Position numbers and translations under genes: made by a program
Shown here: positions 1-13,528 of the stretch, one piece after another
Position numbering within the stretch: position 1 is the first letter of the stretch
Layout of the letters: the number at the start of each line of letters is the position of its first letter
The notes under the pieces: generated by a model
The model's database searches: none
The model's input: only the letters and a program-made list of their open reading frames with translations
Told to the model about the DNA's origin: nothing
Assembly: GCA_964035545.1 (NCBI GenBank)
Contig: OZ037765.1
Span: 32,239,504-32,303,503 of the forward strand
DNA from: Bugula neritina
Taxonomy: Eukaryota; Animalia; Bryozoa
Reading direction: 5' to 3'
Length of the DNA stretch: 64,000 nt

Positions 1-766
1 TTTTGTGTATAATAGTCTGAAGTAGATGTTTTTGTTATGGTAAATTTTTGAAACCTTGAAATTTTGTTTCTTCATAATTTCAACAAATGGAATTCATTAA
101 GTCAGGGGAAAAATATTTTTATCCTTGTAATTCTATTGGCTCTGAATAGAAAGTCAGTGCAGCTGTCATCTGTTGCTGCTTTGATTACCTGGGATACTGA
201 ATACATACCCACAATGCAGCTAGGAAATAGCGCACATGCTTGCAGCTTATTGCAGCAAATTCCAACCATTTGAAATTTCTAAAACCAATACATAAGTTTA
301 TTGTTCACGTAGAATTACAGTATAGTTATTGTTCTTTCAACACTATTTGAAGCATCTATGGCTTATAGAATTCACTGATGATGATATATTAATTCACGCT
401 GTTACTGCTACACCCATCTGCTGTGTAATAAAATATAGTCAGTGTTGAATCTGCAAATGTGGCTTTTTGCGTAAAAAGAAGCTGATTGGCTGTGCATGTC
501 ATGTTTTCAGTGCCAGCTGACTGAGGAATGAGGAAAAGTCAGCATAATTCAAAGCAGCTTCTTGGCAAGATACACTGTAGAAGAAATTCTAAACTCTACG
601 GGGAATACCTTATTGCACTGTTTAAGAAATCAATATGAGCCATGTGATTATTTTATTAAAGTGCCTGGTTTACATTTCCTGCATTTGCTGTTACAGCCCA
701 TCATCTTCACTGTAATATACTAAACAGTTGCAACCTATAAGTTATAATATTACAGATGTTAACAGA

Positions 767-873
767 TGTAGTATTGAGGTTACCTAGTGGTCTCCGTGGT
801 GTAATGGTTATAGCACACTTGCTTGCAAGCCAAAGATCTCTGTTCGATTTCCAGTGGGGGCAATTATTTTTCA
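767..873 (+). mobile_element. tRNA-derived short repeat, family 1 (degenerate copy)
   Basis: A-box-like GTGGTGTAATGGTTA and B-box-like GTTCGATTTCC; aligns by eye with 10708-10814. Confidence 0.65.
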
Positions 874-2242
874 GTAGACATCACTTTTTCAAACAAACTA
901 TTATTCTCATTAAATGTAGCAATAGATGGCGGAATGTAGATTGGCTGTATAGATACTGATAACGTCCAATGAATTTAAAATAGGTCAGTTTTTGAACCGC
1001 CAATATTTCCCACTATTCATCATTAGCTTATTTTAATGTAAATTGATGCTTTTTTGGTCTGGAACTAGGGTTCATCATAAAGTACATGTTCTGAAGTTGT
1101 AAGAACATGATATAAATGTTATGAGTCATGCATGTTTCATAACATTCAATATATAACCTGCTCAAAATGATAAAATCAAAATATGCAGCTCTTTAAGTAC
1201 AAATATTTTAGTGAAATTTAACTTCAAATTCCATGCCAAATACAAATTGTTAATAATGGATTTGCATTAAACTAATAGCTGTGTAAGGTAACGTACTTGC
1301 CATATGTGCAATTATATTACACTTTGTGAAAAATTTGAGCTTTACAGTGTTAATACTATAGCACAGCAGGTTAGTATGAAGTTACAAGCCAAAGTTGGCA
1401 CAAAAAGTCTTCAAACGATTAAAAAGAACTGATCAATAAGTAAAATATGTATAAGCTCGGTCCCAGCATCCTTGGTGGTTGTTTGTAGGACTAGGACTTT
1501 AACTTGGACTAATATTAATAGTAACAGATGGTGCTTTTGCAATAAAACTTACTAAACATGAGTGGAATGAGTTATGGGCCATTGATTAGAACTATTATAT
1601 ACAACTTAGAGATAATACATTGAAATATAAAATGGAGATTTTCCTAACTCCACACGGATATAAAAATATCACTTTCACTGTTGTAAGCATTGTTCCGCTT
1701 TTACTATAAGCTTCAAACTAACTTCTATGGGAATGCTCCAATAAAACAAGGCAACAGGAGTTGTGTGATCAACACATGCCAATTTCTTCTATGAAAGTTA
1801 AAATAGAATAACCAATATGAGTAGGTAGTAACAGGGGTGATTATCCAGCGTGGGCATGTAATGATATAAACATTAGCTTGTGCTGATTAGCCTAGTTCAA
1901 CCTATAGAATAATCATACTACTGCTGTAAAAGTGGAATATAGCAAATGCCAATATAAGGGAAGCCATTCACTGTTCCTTTACTTTAGCTTGCATTGAATT
2001 TCTTTCAGCAAAAAACCCACCAAAACAGCAACTGTTGTTTTGTAGATTTGAACAGCTGGTATATCATTATATAATTCTATCACATATTGTTAGGAATGTA
2101 TACATGTCCACCACCCACCCAAATTGTGTTTAGCTCAGCTTTTATAAGATGGTAGCTGCCAAGTTTGAAATAAACGTGCTGAAAGATACTAAACTGGGTT
2201 AAACATATAAAAATTATCATGCAATCCAATTATGCTGTAGTG

Positions 2243-2425
2243 AAATGTAATGTATTGTATTGTAATGTATTGTATTGTAATGTATTTTATTGTAATGTAT
2301 TGTATTGTAATGTATTGTATTGTGTTGTAATGTAATGTAATGTATTGTATTGTATTGTAATGTAATGTATTGTAATGTAATGTATTGTAATGTATTGTAA
2401 TGTAATGTATTGTAATGTATTGTAT
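2243..2425. repeat. Pentanucleotide microsatellite (ATTGT/AATGT)n
   Basis: Directly visible; explains the spurious ORFs at 2189-2471. Confidence 0.95.
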
Positions 2426-3174
2426 AATCAATAATTTGCTCTACAGTGTAGCAATGGGTTACGAAAAGCATCTGTGCTGTTTGCTACACTACACCATTCT
2501 GATGTAGTATAGCAAACTATACCCCAGCATGGCTTTATGCAACTCTTTCTACCTACTTTCTCCATTTAGTTGCAGTAGTGAAGAAACTTTATTAGCCCAT
2601 GTTCTTTATTTTTTTTAATAATTTATGTTTTCTGGTCGGATTGAAACTCTAGCAAAGGTGTAACCCTTTTGCTAAATTTCTCACTTAGAATGAAGGCTTT
2701 CTGAAATCTCTTCCACTCCTCCCTCTACTAGAAAATATTTAACAAAATTTTGTAGAAAGCGATCTGTCTGCTAATAAAAAAGATGCTTCACTGTAAAGCA
2801 CTTCGAATGCTGGCTACAATAATCTCCTTTTTTCAAAGTTAAAGGTGTAGGTAAAAGGCATTCAAAAGTTCTAAGAAACATATTTTGGTAAGAAAAACCA
2901 ACAGAAACTAGCTAAAATGCATCCCTATATGATCTTGTGAAATGTATACAGTTTCAGTTTGATCTTTTCTACCTATAGACAAGGTAGTCTTCACCAGTCA
3001 TGATTTGAACTTCACATTCTTATGGCTTTATTACGTAACACCTCCTTTTAACACTAATCATTTATCATGATGAGCCAGTGTACATCGCGTGTTCACTTCG
3101 TGCGGTTATTGAAAACTATACGTGCAACAAACAAACAAATCTGAAACAACCAATCAGAGGCTGATTTTAAGAAG

Positions 3175-3183
3175 TATAAAAAG
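3175..3183 (+). promoter_or_regulatory. Candidate TATA box (with upstream CCAAT) for the SLC34 gene
   Basis: GTATAAAAA lies ~115 bp before the proposed ATG (3291), and CCAAT lies at ~3151. Confidence 0.4.
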
Positions 3184-3290
3184 GTTGATTCGTTAGCCGG
3201 GTGCTCAGATAGACTCGTCTCACCAACTAACCATCAGCTACGTTGAAAGACTGTCTTGGAAGTTTTATAACTTCCAATAATCTTCTTGCT

Positions 3291-6200
3291 ATGTCAGATA
3301 ACGGAAGTGCTGCTAATGGACACGTAAGTCAGCCCCTCTAATTATAATGTAGCACTAGGTGTATAAATCTGTTCATTAGAATGCTAGTTTTTTCATTAAC
3401 CTTTTATTAATAGTTTACACAAATGTTAATTCATTAAGTTATTAACATTGTCATTAAAATTTAAATTAAATTACATCTGAGTGTGGTTAATTAGCTACTG
3501 CTAGTAGTATACAACACTAACTAGATCTCTACTTTGTTCCTAACTATTTATTAATTTTATGAATATTCTATTTCATTTATTATTTCACCATCTGTTGAAT
3601 CAGTTTATTTTCATATGGAAAATGTTAATTATGATAAAAATATAGCTAGGTCTTACTGTAACTTCAAGTGCGTAACTGATACTATAACTATATAAATACT
3701 GGTATTTCATATGCCTGCGGCTAAGGCCTATTTGATTATAAGTTAAGCAGTTAAAATCCTTGTTGACTATTTTCTAATAGTATGTACACAGTATGCTTTT
3801 ATCAGCTTGAGAAAGTTGGCTATGAAAAATGATTGGTATAATTCTAGGAAGTTTGATAAAAGTTCATTAGCATTTTGCCTCCTTTATTAGGCTTAAGAAT
3901 TGTCAAATAGACTTTCAGTTTAAGCTTTAAAACTTGTAACAATATTTTGAAGGCTAGCAGTTTAAGAATGGTTGTGATTGTATGAAGAAGTATGCTAATA
4001 CTGCCTTCCACCAGTACAAACGAACTCCTATATGTTTAAAAGGATTAGTTGCTTGTAAACAAAAGAAATACCTTTTAGTTTAAAATTTCTGCAAGGTTGT
4101 ATTCAATGTTAGTTGAAATTAGTAAAAGAGTTCAACTAGGCCCTGTTACTTGCTTGTCTATTGTCTCTATTGATGAAGAGTGTATACTTTAGAAGCTATA
4201 AATATATTATAGAGTGGCAGATGGCATTGTAGATTTACTGTTTATAGCTCTAATAGTAATTTCAACTTGGCCCTATTTAGCTGCAGTTTTGGAGAGATTT
4301 CAATAGCTTAGGTTCTTAAAACAATTAATAAACGTTGGTTTGGGCCGCCCATTTGAACTGCATACAAAGTAATTACCAAAATAGCTAATATTACAAATCT
4401 TTAAGCTAAAATCAAATTTTTCTTGCTTTCTGGAAAATGATAAACTAGAGGTCACCATTTTAGTATAACTTGGCTCGTATACTTTGTTGAAACTAATGTT
4501 TGATAAGCTGAAGAGTGGATGGAAGATTCTGGACCTTAGCTCTACGTTGTGAAATATTGCCATTATATAAATAGACCTCGCGTGTCACGTAAACTCTATC
4601 TACAGCTAGGCTAAATGTTTTAGTAATAGCTACTAGCACTTAGAGACCGTGTACTAACTCAGGCTAAAATATCTTCATCATTACTTTCAACATAAGTTAC
4701 TCTTCCATTTGCTCTTCTGAAGTGATGCACAGTTGATAAAGAAGTTCTGGGAATAGAGGCTATCCAAGAATAATCAACATCTAAAATCTAATAACTAACT
4801 GAATGCAATAGAGTTGATGTAATACTAGTGTTACTATAGAGTATGTTATGTTAATTAGTAAATTTTTCAATCACGCTTGTAGCACGAGGCAGCTCATTCA
4901 TAAAAAATAATCAATAACAATGATAGCATATGGGACCATACTGCTTCAAATGTATGGTCATTTGTTGAAAACCCTAAGAATGCAAGAGTTAATACGGCAA
5001 ATGACATGTGTGTTGAAGTTGTCTGCTCCTGTGAATTATTCCACATACAGGCAGGTTTTCCTTTGTGATAGATAGCCTATGTTTCTTCTTACAAATGTAG
5101 ATATCACTAGAGTAGAAGTAATATTAATAGGCAATTTTACCCTTACCAGATGTCTTACTTTTAAAGGCAAATGAAGATGTAGAGAGAAATGGGGGCAATT
5201 CACCACCTCCCTATGATGATACTCTCACAAAAGAAGCAGTGAGTTGTGTTGTTTGCTTTAACTTATCTGATAACATTAGGTGACTCATTGAATATCAAAT
5301 ATCTGACAGACTTCTAAAATTATTGACTGAATTTTCTAGGGAGTGGAGGAGAAACCGCAGGAAACTGAGGAGGTTGACCCGTGGACAGTGACTGACCTGG
5401 TAGACAAAACAAAGCCTTGGGCTGGTTAGTTTCTCATCATCATACCTTGTTTATGTTATAACTGGTGGTAGATCTAAAGCTAATGTAACTGACCTTACAT
5501 AATACAGTGTACTGCAACATCCCTACAAGACACAATGTACTGTAACATATCTACAGGACACAGTGTACTGTAACATCCCTACAAGACACATTGTACTGTA
5601 ACATCCCTACAAGACACAATGTACTGTAACACCCCTACAAAACACAATATACTGTAACACCCCTACAGGGTACAGTGTACTGTAACATCCCTACAGGGTA
5701 CAGTGTACTGTAACATCCCTACAGGACACAATGTACTATACACCTTTATTGGGCAGAGCAATGTTGCAATACATTTCACAGTTTTCGCCATCATTTTGCT
5801 GCACGCTGTATTTTTGTTCCCCAGAGCTGACAACAAGCGAGCGCGTGCAGAGAGTCTTATGGGGCTACATATTCAGACAGATGTTACTGCTGGGTCTCCT
5901 CTACATGTTCATCTGCTCTCTGGACTTCCTCAGCTCAGCCTTCCGTCTGCTCGGTGGTACGTCTTCCAGAACATTCTGTTGGAGTTCCTAGCTAGCATAG
6001 CTGATCTGTCTTAGTAGATATGCCGTTTATAGCCTGTAGAGCCAGAAATGCGTTAATAACTAAGCTAAAATAGTACCTAGCACTCAGGTCTTGCGCAATA
6101 TCTGTGGATCTGATGACTTAAATTTAATTATATTTTAAAATCCGGCATCTGCTCAACATTGCAGCAGAAACTGCACTGTCATCTATTACCTGGACATGGC

Positions 6201-9200
6201 AATTGATATTTAAATTTAAGGGCGTGTGCCTTATTATCATTAATAATTTTATCCTCTCTAACATGTTTTTATTGCAACAGGAAAGGCTGCTGGAAAAGTG
6301 TTCAGTGACAGTAAAATATTCAACAACCCGATTGCTGGACTCATGATTGGTGTACTGGCTACTGTGTTGGTGCAAAGTTCTTCTACTTCCACATCAATTG
6401 TTGTATCAATGGTGGGCTCTAACTGTAAGTACCTTACTGCTTGCATACTTATACCGCTGGTTTTAAGGCTATAAAGTATCACCTATGTAGGTTTTGTTTT
6501 ATTTTATTTGCCTATCTCGCAATGTTAATGTCTATATTATTGTCTAATTATATAGAATATATATAAATATATATTATTTAATGTAATATAATATATATTT
6601 ATATACAGTATAATGTATAATATAATACATATTAAATAAATAAACTGTAGCAAAAACAGTTATACATGCTTTTAGCATGCGTTAGACATGCCCTGTTGAA
6701 TGATGCAATTTATTCTATCTATTGGCTAATAATAATCAATATCTGTAACTTTGGTAATTCAATAAATGCTTTCACATCATTTGCAACATTCCAATTACTA
6801 TTTTACTATGCAACTCTCATTTATTACTCACTGCATTCCTTCCCTAATATAGAAACACTTACAGGAGAAAATAACTTCAACAATGCCTGATTGTGATATA
6901 ATTAGTAGTTGATAGTTATGCTAATATGTAATGAACTATTTCATATGGCATACAATTGCATTAATTAAGGTAATGTATTCATTTGCATAAATTGCAACAG
7001 TATTTAGTGGGTGCCTCTTCCTCATTCAGGTGAATTAGAGATAGTATAAACGCCGCTTTGTGTTATAAATTAGAGTTTTATGGTTTAGATCTTGCTAAAC
7101 GCTCTTCAAGTATTTCCTCCATCATTAGTAAGTCTAATAGGTGTTGTTACCAGCTAGTCATCGTAATTATTAAACGTAATGGATTACTTAATTGGTTATT
7201 TTTGCTATTAACGCCTATTTTTTCAGTTTAAAACAGGGTTGAATTCATAAATTAGACGTTCTGATTATATTCGATTATATCATCTCGTTTGTAGTGCTGA
7301 GTGTAAGGATTGCTATTCCTATTATTATGGGAGCCAATATTGGTACGTCTGTTACCAACACCATCGTTTCCATCGGCCAATCAGGAGAGAAGAACCAGTT
7401 CCGTAGAGCTTTCGGTGGAGCTACTGTACACGACATGTTCAACTGGCTGTGCGTCATCTTTTTGCTTCCTCTAGAGCTAGCCTCAGGTTAGTTTTGTACT
7501 AGATAGGCTGGTTGCTTGCCCCAACCCTCACATAATCCAAACAGTCTTTAGTTTTTAGTCTATGATGTAACAAAGCGAAGTTGTCTTCTTTTTGTGAATT
7601 TCCTGTGAAGTCATTAAACGATACTGACTAATTCTATTTACAGGTTATTTATTTCGGTTGTCGGATGCGATAATCAAATCTTTCCACATACAGACGTACG
7701 AAGAAGGAAATGTTAAGCTACTCAAAGCAATTACAGAACCATTTACTAAGTTCATAATCAAGGTATGTAGACTTTGGACTATCTTTTTGTGAGATATATA
7801 GAAAGATATATACTCTTTGAGAGTGTAACCCTTGCAACTCTCTATTCAGGTTGATACAAAAGTCATTACTAAGATTGCATTGAATCAAACCGACCCTGAT
7901 ACCTCTCTAATTAAAACAGAATGCACGCAAGACGGTATAAATGGAACCGTGCCATGTGAGTATTTAGATTGCATGAGATTACTTTTGAGTTGTCTTTCTA
8001 ATAAAAATAACTTGAATTAGATTTAATATTCTACCAAGTAAGAAAATCAGAAATGGCGTGTCATTTTATGAATTTAAAACTTTGGTTTTTTATTGATAAT
8101 GTTATTAACTAAAAACGGGTTGCATTACTATTTTCTCCTGAATTTGTTTTTATATTTATGTTCTGATCGTTGTAGGTAAATTTTTGTTCATGAATGTGGC
8201 GGGAAAGTGGGACGACTGGTTGATTGGTCTGGTACTCTTACTGATTGCTCTCTTCGTCTTGTGTACTTGCCTGGTGCTTATAGTCAAGATCCTTAACAGC
8301 ATATTCAAGGGGCACATTGCAGTGCTCCTCAAGAGATTTGTCAACGCCGATTTTCCTGGTAATATTCCGCAAAACTTTGGCTCTTTATATTTGATAACAA
8401 AATTTATCATTAGTCAAATCACAATTTATTTGTGCTAGTATTATAGTGTGCTTGAAATGTTTTTAACAGTAAAATTATGTAGCAGAAATTAGAAAAAAAA
8501 TTACCATCAAGTAACGATTGTTTAGTTTGCCGTTCAACGCTTCTAGTACTGCCTCCAACGTATGCATTTAGGTACAACCAGTGTTCTATTACAAGCATTG
8601 CCTGTTACAGGAAAGTGCGGGAAATATGGCACTGGCTATTTAGCCATTCTCCTTGGAGCTCTCCTCACAATCCTTGTGCAGTCTTCCAGCATATTCACGT
8701 CAGCCTTAACCCCCCTGGTCGGCATCGGCGTCATCACCATTGAGAGAATGTACCCTCTGACATTGGGGTCCAACATTGGTACGACATTCACTGCGATTCT
8801 CGCGTCTCTGACACAAGAAGGAGACAAGCTTTCCGATGCCATGCAGATCTCCATGTGTCACTTGTTCTTCAACATTTCCGGAATCATCTTGTGGTATCCC
8901 GTTCCGTTCATGAGGAAAATCCCGATTTACCTGGCGAAGCAGTTGGGAAACACTACAGCCAAATACAGATGGTTTGCAGCACTCTATCTCTTGTTAGCTT
9001 TCTTCGCTCTTCCTGCTTTTGTGTTTGGCCTGAGTGTAGCTGGCTGGCAGGTTCTGGCGGGAATTGGAACACCACTTGTTGTCGTAATCATCATAATCGT
9101 CATCATAAACATTCTACAAAAGAAGAAACCGGAATGGTTACCAAGTCGCCTTAGGAATTGGGAGTTTCTTCCCCTGTGTTGTCATTCATTTAAACCTTTG

Positions 9201-9332
9201 GATCGCATCATCACGAAAGTGTTCCGTAAGTGTAAGTGCTGTTCGAAATGCTCCTCCAATGACAGCATAGAAAGTTCTTCAGAAGATTCAACAGATCAAC
9301 ATGAGATGTACAGAGTCAAGCCAGATGTATAG
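3291..9332 (+). CDS. SLC34A: Type II sodium-dependent phosphate cotransporter (SLC34/NaPi-II family), 10 coding exons, ~595 aa
   Basis: GT-AG exons 3291-3323, 5167-5238, 5340-5424, 5825-5956, 6281-6424, 7295-7486, 7644-7762, 7850-7955, 8176-8358, 8611-9332 join in frame (1788 nt). Family hallmarks are present: [19 protein letters not shown], two QSSS repeats ([20 protein letters not shown]), [46 protein letters not shown], and a Cys-rich C-terminal tail. The first three exons are less certain. Confidence 0.95.
5505..5738. repeat. 29-bp minisatellite (~8 copies) in an SLC34 intron
   Basis: Unit approximately CAGTGTACTGTAACATCCCTACAAGACA(C). Confidence 0.9.
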
Positions 9333-9769
9333 TATGCCACTTCAGAATCATATCTCAATGTCACTTTACTTAGTAACAATCATTATATTTATTTTATTAC
9401 TTGTAATTCTACATAATATATCAGCTTGTACTTGTCAGCGCAAAATGGAAACACGTGTAAACTTCATTTTCAAGTTGTTTTTCGCATGACTTGACCCTAG
9501 CTGATACCCTAGCTGATAGCAAACTCATTTTTTTATCCAATTACATTGCAGCTTATAATATGTTAAACAACTGGTTATGATATATTATATAGCAATAAAC
9601 TCTATTTTTATATGTAAAATCTGCTTCAAACACAGCAGCCATGTTGAAATGGTGACATATTTTTATGTCGGTCTATGCGTGTTGACTCACTCAGTTTGAA
9701 GGAAACCAGGAATTGGTCATTTCATAACTTTCCTTGACTGCAAATCACATTGATTGGCAATTAACTCTT

Positions 9770-11120
9770 TTCCATATTATGGATTAATGGCAATTTTTTA
9801 CTATGATCAAAATATAAATTCTTTTTCTACTTTATTTTTACATTTGGAGCGCTAATTTTAAACTCATTTGCTAATGGCTAACCTGCATAGCTCTTTACTA
9901 CTGTATCGTATTGAACAATGACTACTACAAATAATTTTTCCATGTAGTTTAAATTACTATTCATTTTACTTACAATTTTATTTTTCCAAAAACCTTTTTG
10001 TCAAAAAGGGTTATTTTAGTCTAATTGTGAGCTCACTAATGAAGTCTTGCCATTACTAAGTTGATAGTCAAAAATTTAGCTGTGTATCTGAGACGTGTTG
10101 TAAATATTGTTTTGTATATTTTTAACTTTTTCACAATTGTCTGCTCAATATTAAAATGCTTCCACTTGTGCATTCATTAACCAACTGTTCTAATAAATGC
10201 AATAAGAAATTATCTCCCCACACTATATTATAGTTTCTTCTTGTACCAGGTTACACTTCAGGTAAAATTCTTCAATAAGTAAATTAACTTTTTAATTATT
10301 TCGCAGCAATATTTATTGCACACATGCCACTGTTATAATAATAAGTTTGTTTCTATTCAACTCTAATTGTTTCCCTTGTCATGAGAGAGAGCACAACTAC
10401 AGTATAAGATAACTTGTCTACATTAATATTATTATGGAATAATGCTACTTTTTTTCACTACGATCAAAATTTAAATTGTTCTTCTACTCTATTTTTACAT
10501 TTAAAGCATTAATTTTGAACTCATTTGCTAATGGCCAATATGAGTAGCTGTTACTTACTACTGTTGCTTAATAAAAAGTTGCTACTTATAAAACGTAATT
10601 GTTTCAAATAATTTAAGTTACTAGTAAATCTATTTACAGTTTAATTTTGTTTCTTCCAAAAAACCTTTTTGTCAAGAAGGTTTATTTTAATTTATTTATG
10701 GACTGACTGTAGTGTTGAGTTTATCCAGTAGTCTCTGTGGTGTAATGGTTAGCACACTTGCTTGCAAGCCGGAGGTCTTGGGTTCGATTCCCAGTGGGGG
10801 CAAAACAATTTTTCACTGACGAACGAAGTCTTGCCAATACAGAGTTGGTAGTCATATATCTAACTGTTTATCTTGAACATGTTGTAAATATTTTGTACAT
10901 TAAAACTTTTTTACAATTGTCTGCACAACATTAAAGTGCTTCTAATTATGTTTTCACTAACCTTATTTTAATAAATGCAATAAGGAGTTATCTGCCCACA
11001 ATATATAGTTATAGTTTCGTGTCACGTCACACTGCCACTGCACGTAAAGGTTTCCAATAGACAAACTTTCCAAAACAATTTTTATAATTAATTTGTAGCA
11101 ACATTTATTGCACAAGTCAG
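9770..11120. repeat. Diverged local tandem duplication (~9770-10330 vs ~10430-11120) downstream of SLC34
   Basis: Colinear blocks are shared, e.g. GATCAAAAT.TAAATT, AACTCATTTGCTAATGGC, CCAAAAACCTTTTTGTCAA, GAAGTCTTGCCA, TGTTGTAAATATT, CAATTGTCTGC, ATTTATTGCACA. Confidence 0.85.
10708..10814 (+). mobile_element. tRNA-derived short repeat, family 1 (tRNA-Ala(TGC)-like pseudo-tRNA/SINE)
   Basis: GTCTCTGTGGTGTAATGGTTAGCACACTTGCTTGCAAGCCGGAGGTCTTGGGTTCGATTCCCAGTGGGGGCA has D and T arms, but a 6-nt anticodon loop and a wobble-rich acceptor stem. It is flanked by an ACTGAC direct repeat (10702-10707, 10815-10820) and is absent from the paralogous segment near 10030. Confidence 0.75.
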
Positions 11121-12114
11121 GTATTGCTATTGGGTAAGCCATCAACATCAGTTCCTCTAAAAAAACCAAACTAATTTTGAATGAAACTATTTATTTTACC
11201 ATCAGAAATAAAGTGTGTGGCTGTCTAAAAGTGAAAAGCCTGTTCAACACATGTTTGGCCACCCTGTGTAACATATAACTGTGTGTTGAATGACTTATAT
11301 TTGCCTTCCTGTAGCATTCATATCAAAGAGCCACCCTGAGTTTGGATCTCTAATGATTAGAGCTCTTGTATCCTCCATGTATAAGCATGCCGGTCACCAT
11401 GACCTCTACACTATATTCAAACAGGTAGGTCAAACATTAATAAACTGACTGCTTTTTGTTAGAATTATAAACATGAAGAAATGAAGTGCCTATCAAACTT
11501 AAAGCGGCGCAAAGTAATATATTAGCTATTTTGAAATGATTGACATCTAAAAGTTTTAATTTTTAGAATCATTTATTGAATATCTGTCTCAATCATTGAT
11601 CACGTATATAGAACAGCTTTTGTTCGAGTCCACCTAAATTTAAGTTATAGTCAAAGTGTGTATATTTTCCTACAACACCAGTTTTCACACATAAGACTTG
11701 CCGAATAATTGGTTTCATAAAATATAATTTGCAATTTTCATTAGTGATAGAAAAATTATTCTGTCGTAAATTAAAACAAAATTAGATGGTATAGATATAT
11801 GAGGAGCTTTCTTGTTTTTTTATTGACCACTTTTCAGGTACAAACTAAAGTGAGACAACTTTGTGTAAATCGAAACTTTGAGAGTGGAGGACAGTTGGTT
11901 GTAGTCTGGGATACTCTCACTCATATGAGAAAACTTTACCTGTTTCCTGATTTTAATGGTTACAAAGGAGAGGATGACTTCTAAATTAAAATATACTGAA
12001 AGTTACAACTTGCGCATATATTCTCAATTTTTTGGTTTGTAGTTCTATATATATCCGTTTATATATACAAATAATGATATTTTTCATGCAGTTATTAAGT
12101 TTTAGATGAGTCAT

Positions 12115-12265
12115 TGCAATCCATGTCTAGGGGCTAGAGCGCTGGCTTAGTAAACCTGAGATCTTGGGTTCGAACCCCAGTGAAGGCAGTTGGTGATGTT
12201 AAGAAGAGCATTCAGCCATAATTGCCCCTGTGCCACATATGAATAAGTTCTTAACCCATTCTAAC
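12115..12265 (+). mobile_element. tRNA-headed SINE-like element, family 2
   Basis: B-box GGGTTCGAACCCC is followed by the body TTGGTGATGTTAAGAAGAGCATTCAGCCATAATTGCCCCTGTGCC. A second copy is on - at ~31155-31292. Confidence 0.6.
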
Positions 12266-12764
12266 AAAAGCCCTATAATAAAACCTGTTTAATTGTTTTA
12301 TTGCAAATGGCATATTTGATGATAAACTTTGCTCTGGTATATTATATAATTGCTTACTGCAGGACTTTGTTTTTGTACTATTGGTTTTGTAAGCTCTGCT
12401 TATTAACTAGTTTTTTATTATAACTCCAGTTCTCAACTTGAGTTCTCAAATTATTCTTACGTTTTCAGCATCTTCATGATAACTAGTTATAGGTTATATA
12501 TGTATATTTCTATATAACAACTCTTTTTATTGCATATGCCATTTTACTATTTTACAATAATCCTGGTAATTCAAATGTTTGAAATAAACAATAAAACAAT
12601 TTTTTTTCGGAATAAATTATAGTTAAAATTTAAGTTTGAGTAATATCACAAAACTCGACTCTGCTATTTGCAGTACACAAATGCAGTAAAAAGTGTGTTG
12701 AATAGAGATTATTTAATATGTATACTATTTAACTTAGGTAGTTATACTAATAGTTAAGTAAAAT

Positions 12765-12870
12765 ATTTTTCTTCCACTGAGATTTGAACAGCAGACCTCC
12801 AGCATGCAAGCAGGCATGCTATAGCTATTCTACCACAGTGACCATATACTGGGTTCTATCCTCACCACAA
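12765..12870 (-). mobile_element. tRNA-derived short repeat, family 1 (degenerate copy)
   Basis: The reverse complement reads ..GGTCACTGTGGTAGAATAGCTATAGCATGCCTGCTTGCATGCTGGAGGTCTGCTGTTCAAATCTCAGTGGAAG.., similar to the 10731 copy. Confidence 0.55.
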
Positions 12871-13528
12871 TGCTTTTAATTATATTAACTTTTATAACCA
12901 TATAGGCTTTCTTCCAAAATTTCCTTTTTATTGGAATCGACAAATAAAAATCATGCAGTAAAAAACATAAAAATACCATAATTTCATTATATGTTATACA
13001 TCAATTTTGGGTAAAAATGCTTATCAGCCTAAAGTAAAATAAAATATAGAATATAGGTGTGATATAAATTATGCAATTTATATTAATTTTTTTGCCACCT
13101 GCGCAGGACCACGGCGGTGAAAGGTGACCATAAATTATGCAATTTGGGAAAATTTGTAACTTATTTGTTGCTTCTTTTCACTCAACAAAACCACACAATA
13201 CTTAAGATAAAATATTTTTTTTCTACTGAATGTTTTACTAAATTTGTAGCAAAACTATATATTATATAATATTTTAATAAAGAAACTTTTTACTAATTAT
13301 TAGGTGTTACCACACCTGCTGATTCAAAAGGAAAAACAACTCCTATCATAAATACAGTAACGGATGACTACATCAAGTATGCGCAATATTATTATAAAAA
13401 TAAAAACTGGCGCACTGCATGTCCAACTGCTCACAAAAGTTACAAAAGTAAAAAATGAAAAGAAGCCTATATAGGATGGTAAAGAGGTATGCTGAAAGTT
13501 ACTATACGCTGGTGAATTACCTTAAAGG

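Noticed and set aside
8636-9154. Alternative-frame and antisense ORFs within SLC34 and L3MBTL exons
   Set aside because: Shadow ORFs of the real coding exons.
10731-10802. Functional tRNA-Ala(TGC) gene
   Set aside because: It has a 6-nt anticodon loop, a mismatched anticodon stem, four G-U pairs in the acceptor stem, an apparent TSD and degenerate sister copies, so it is better explained as a repeat.
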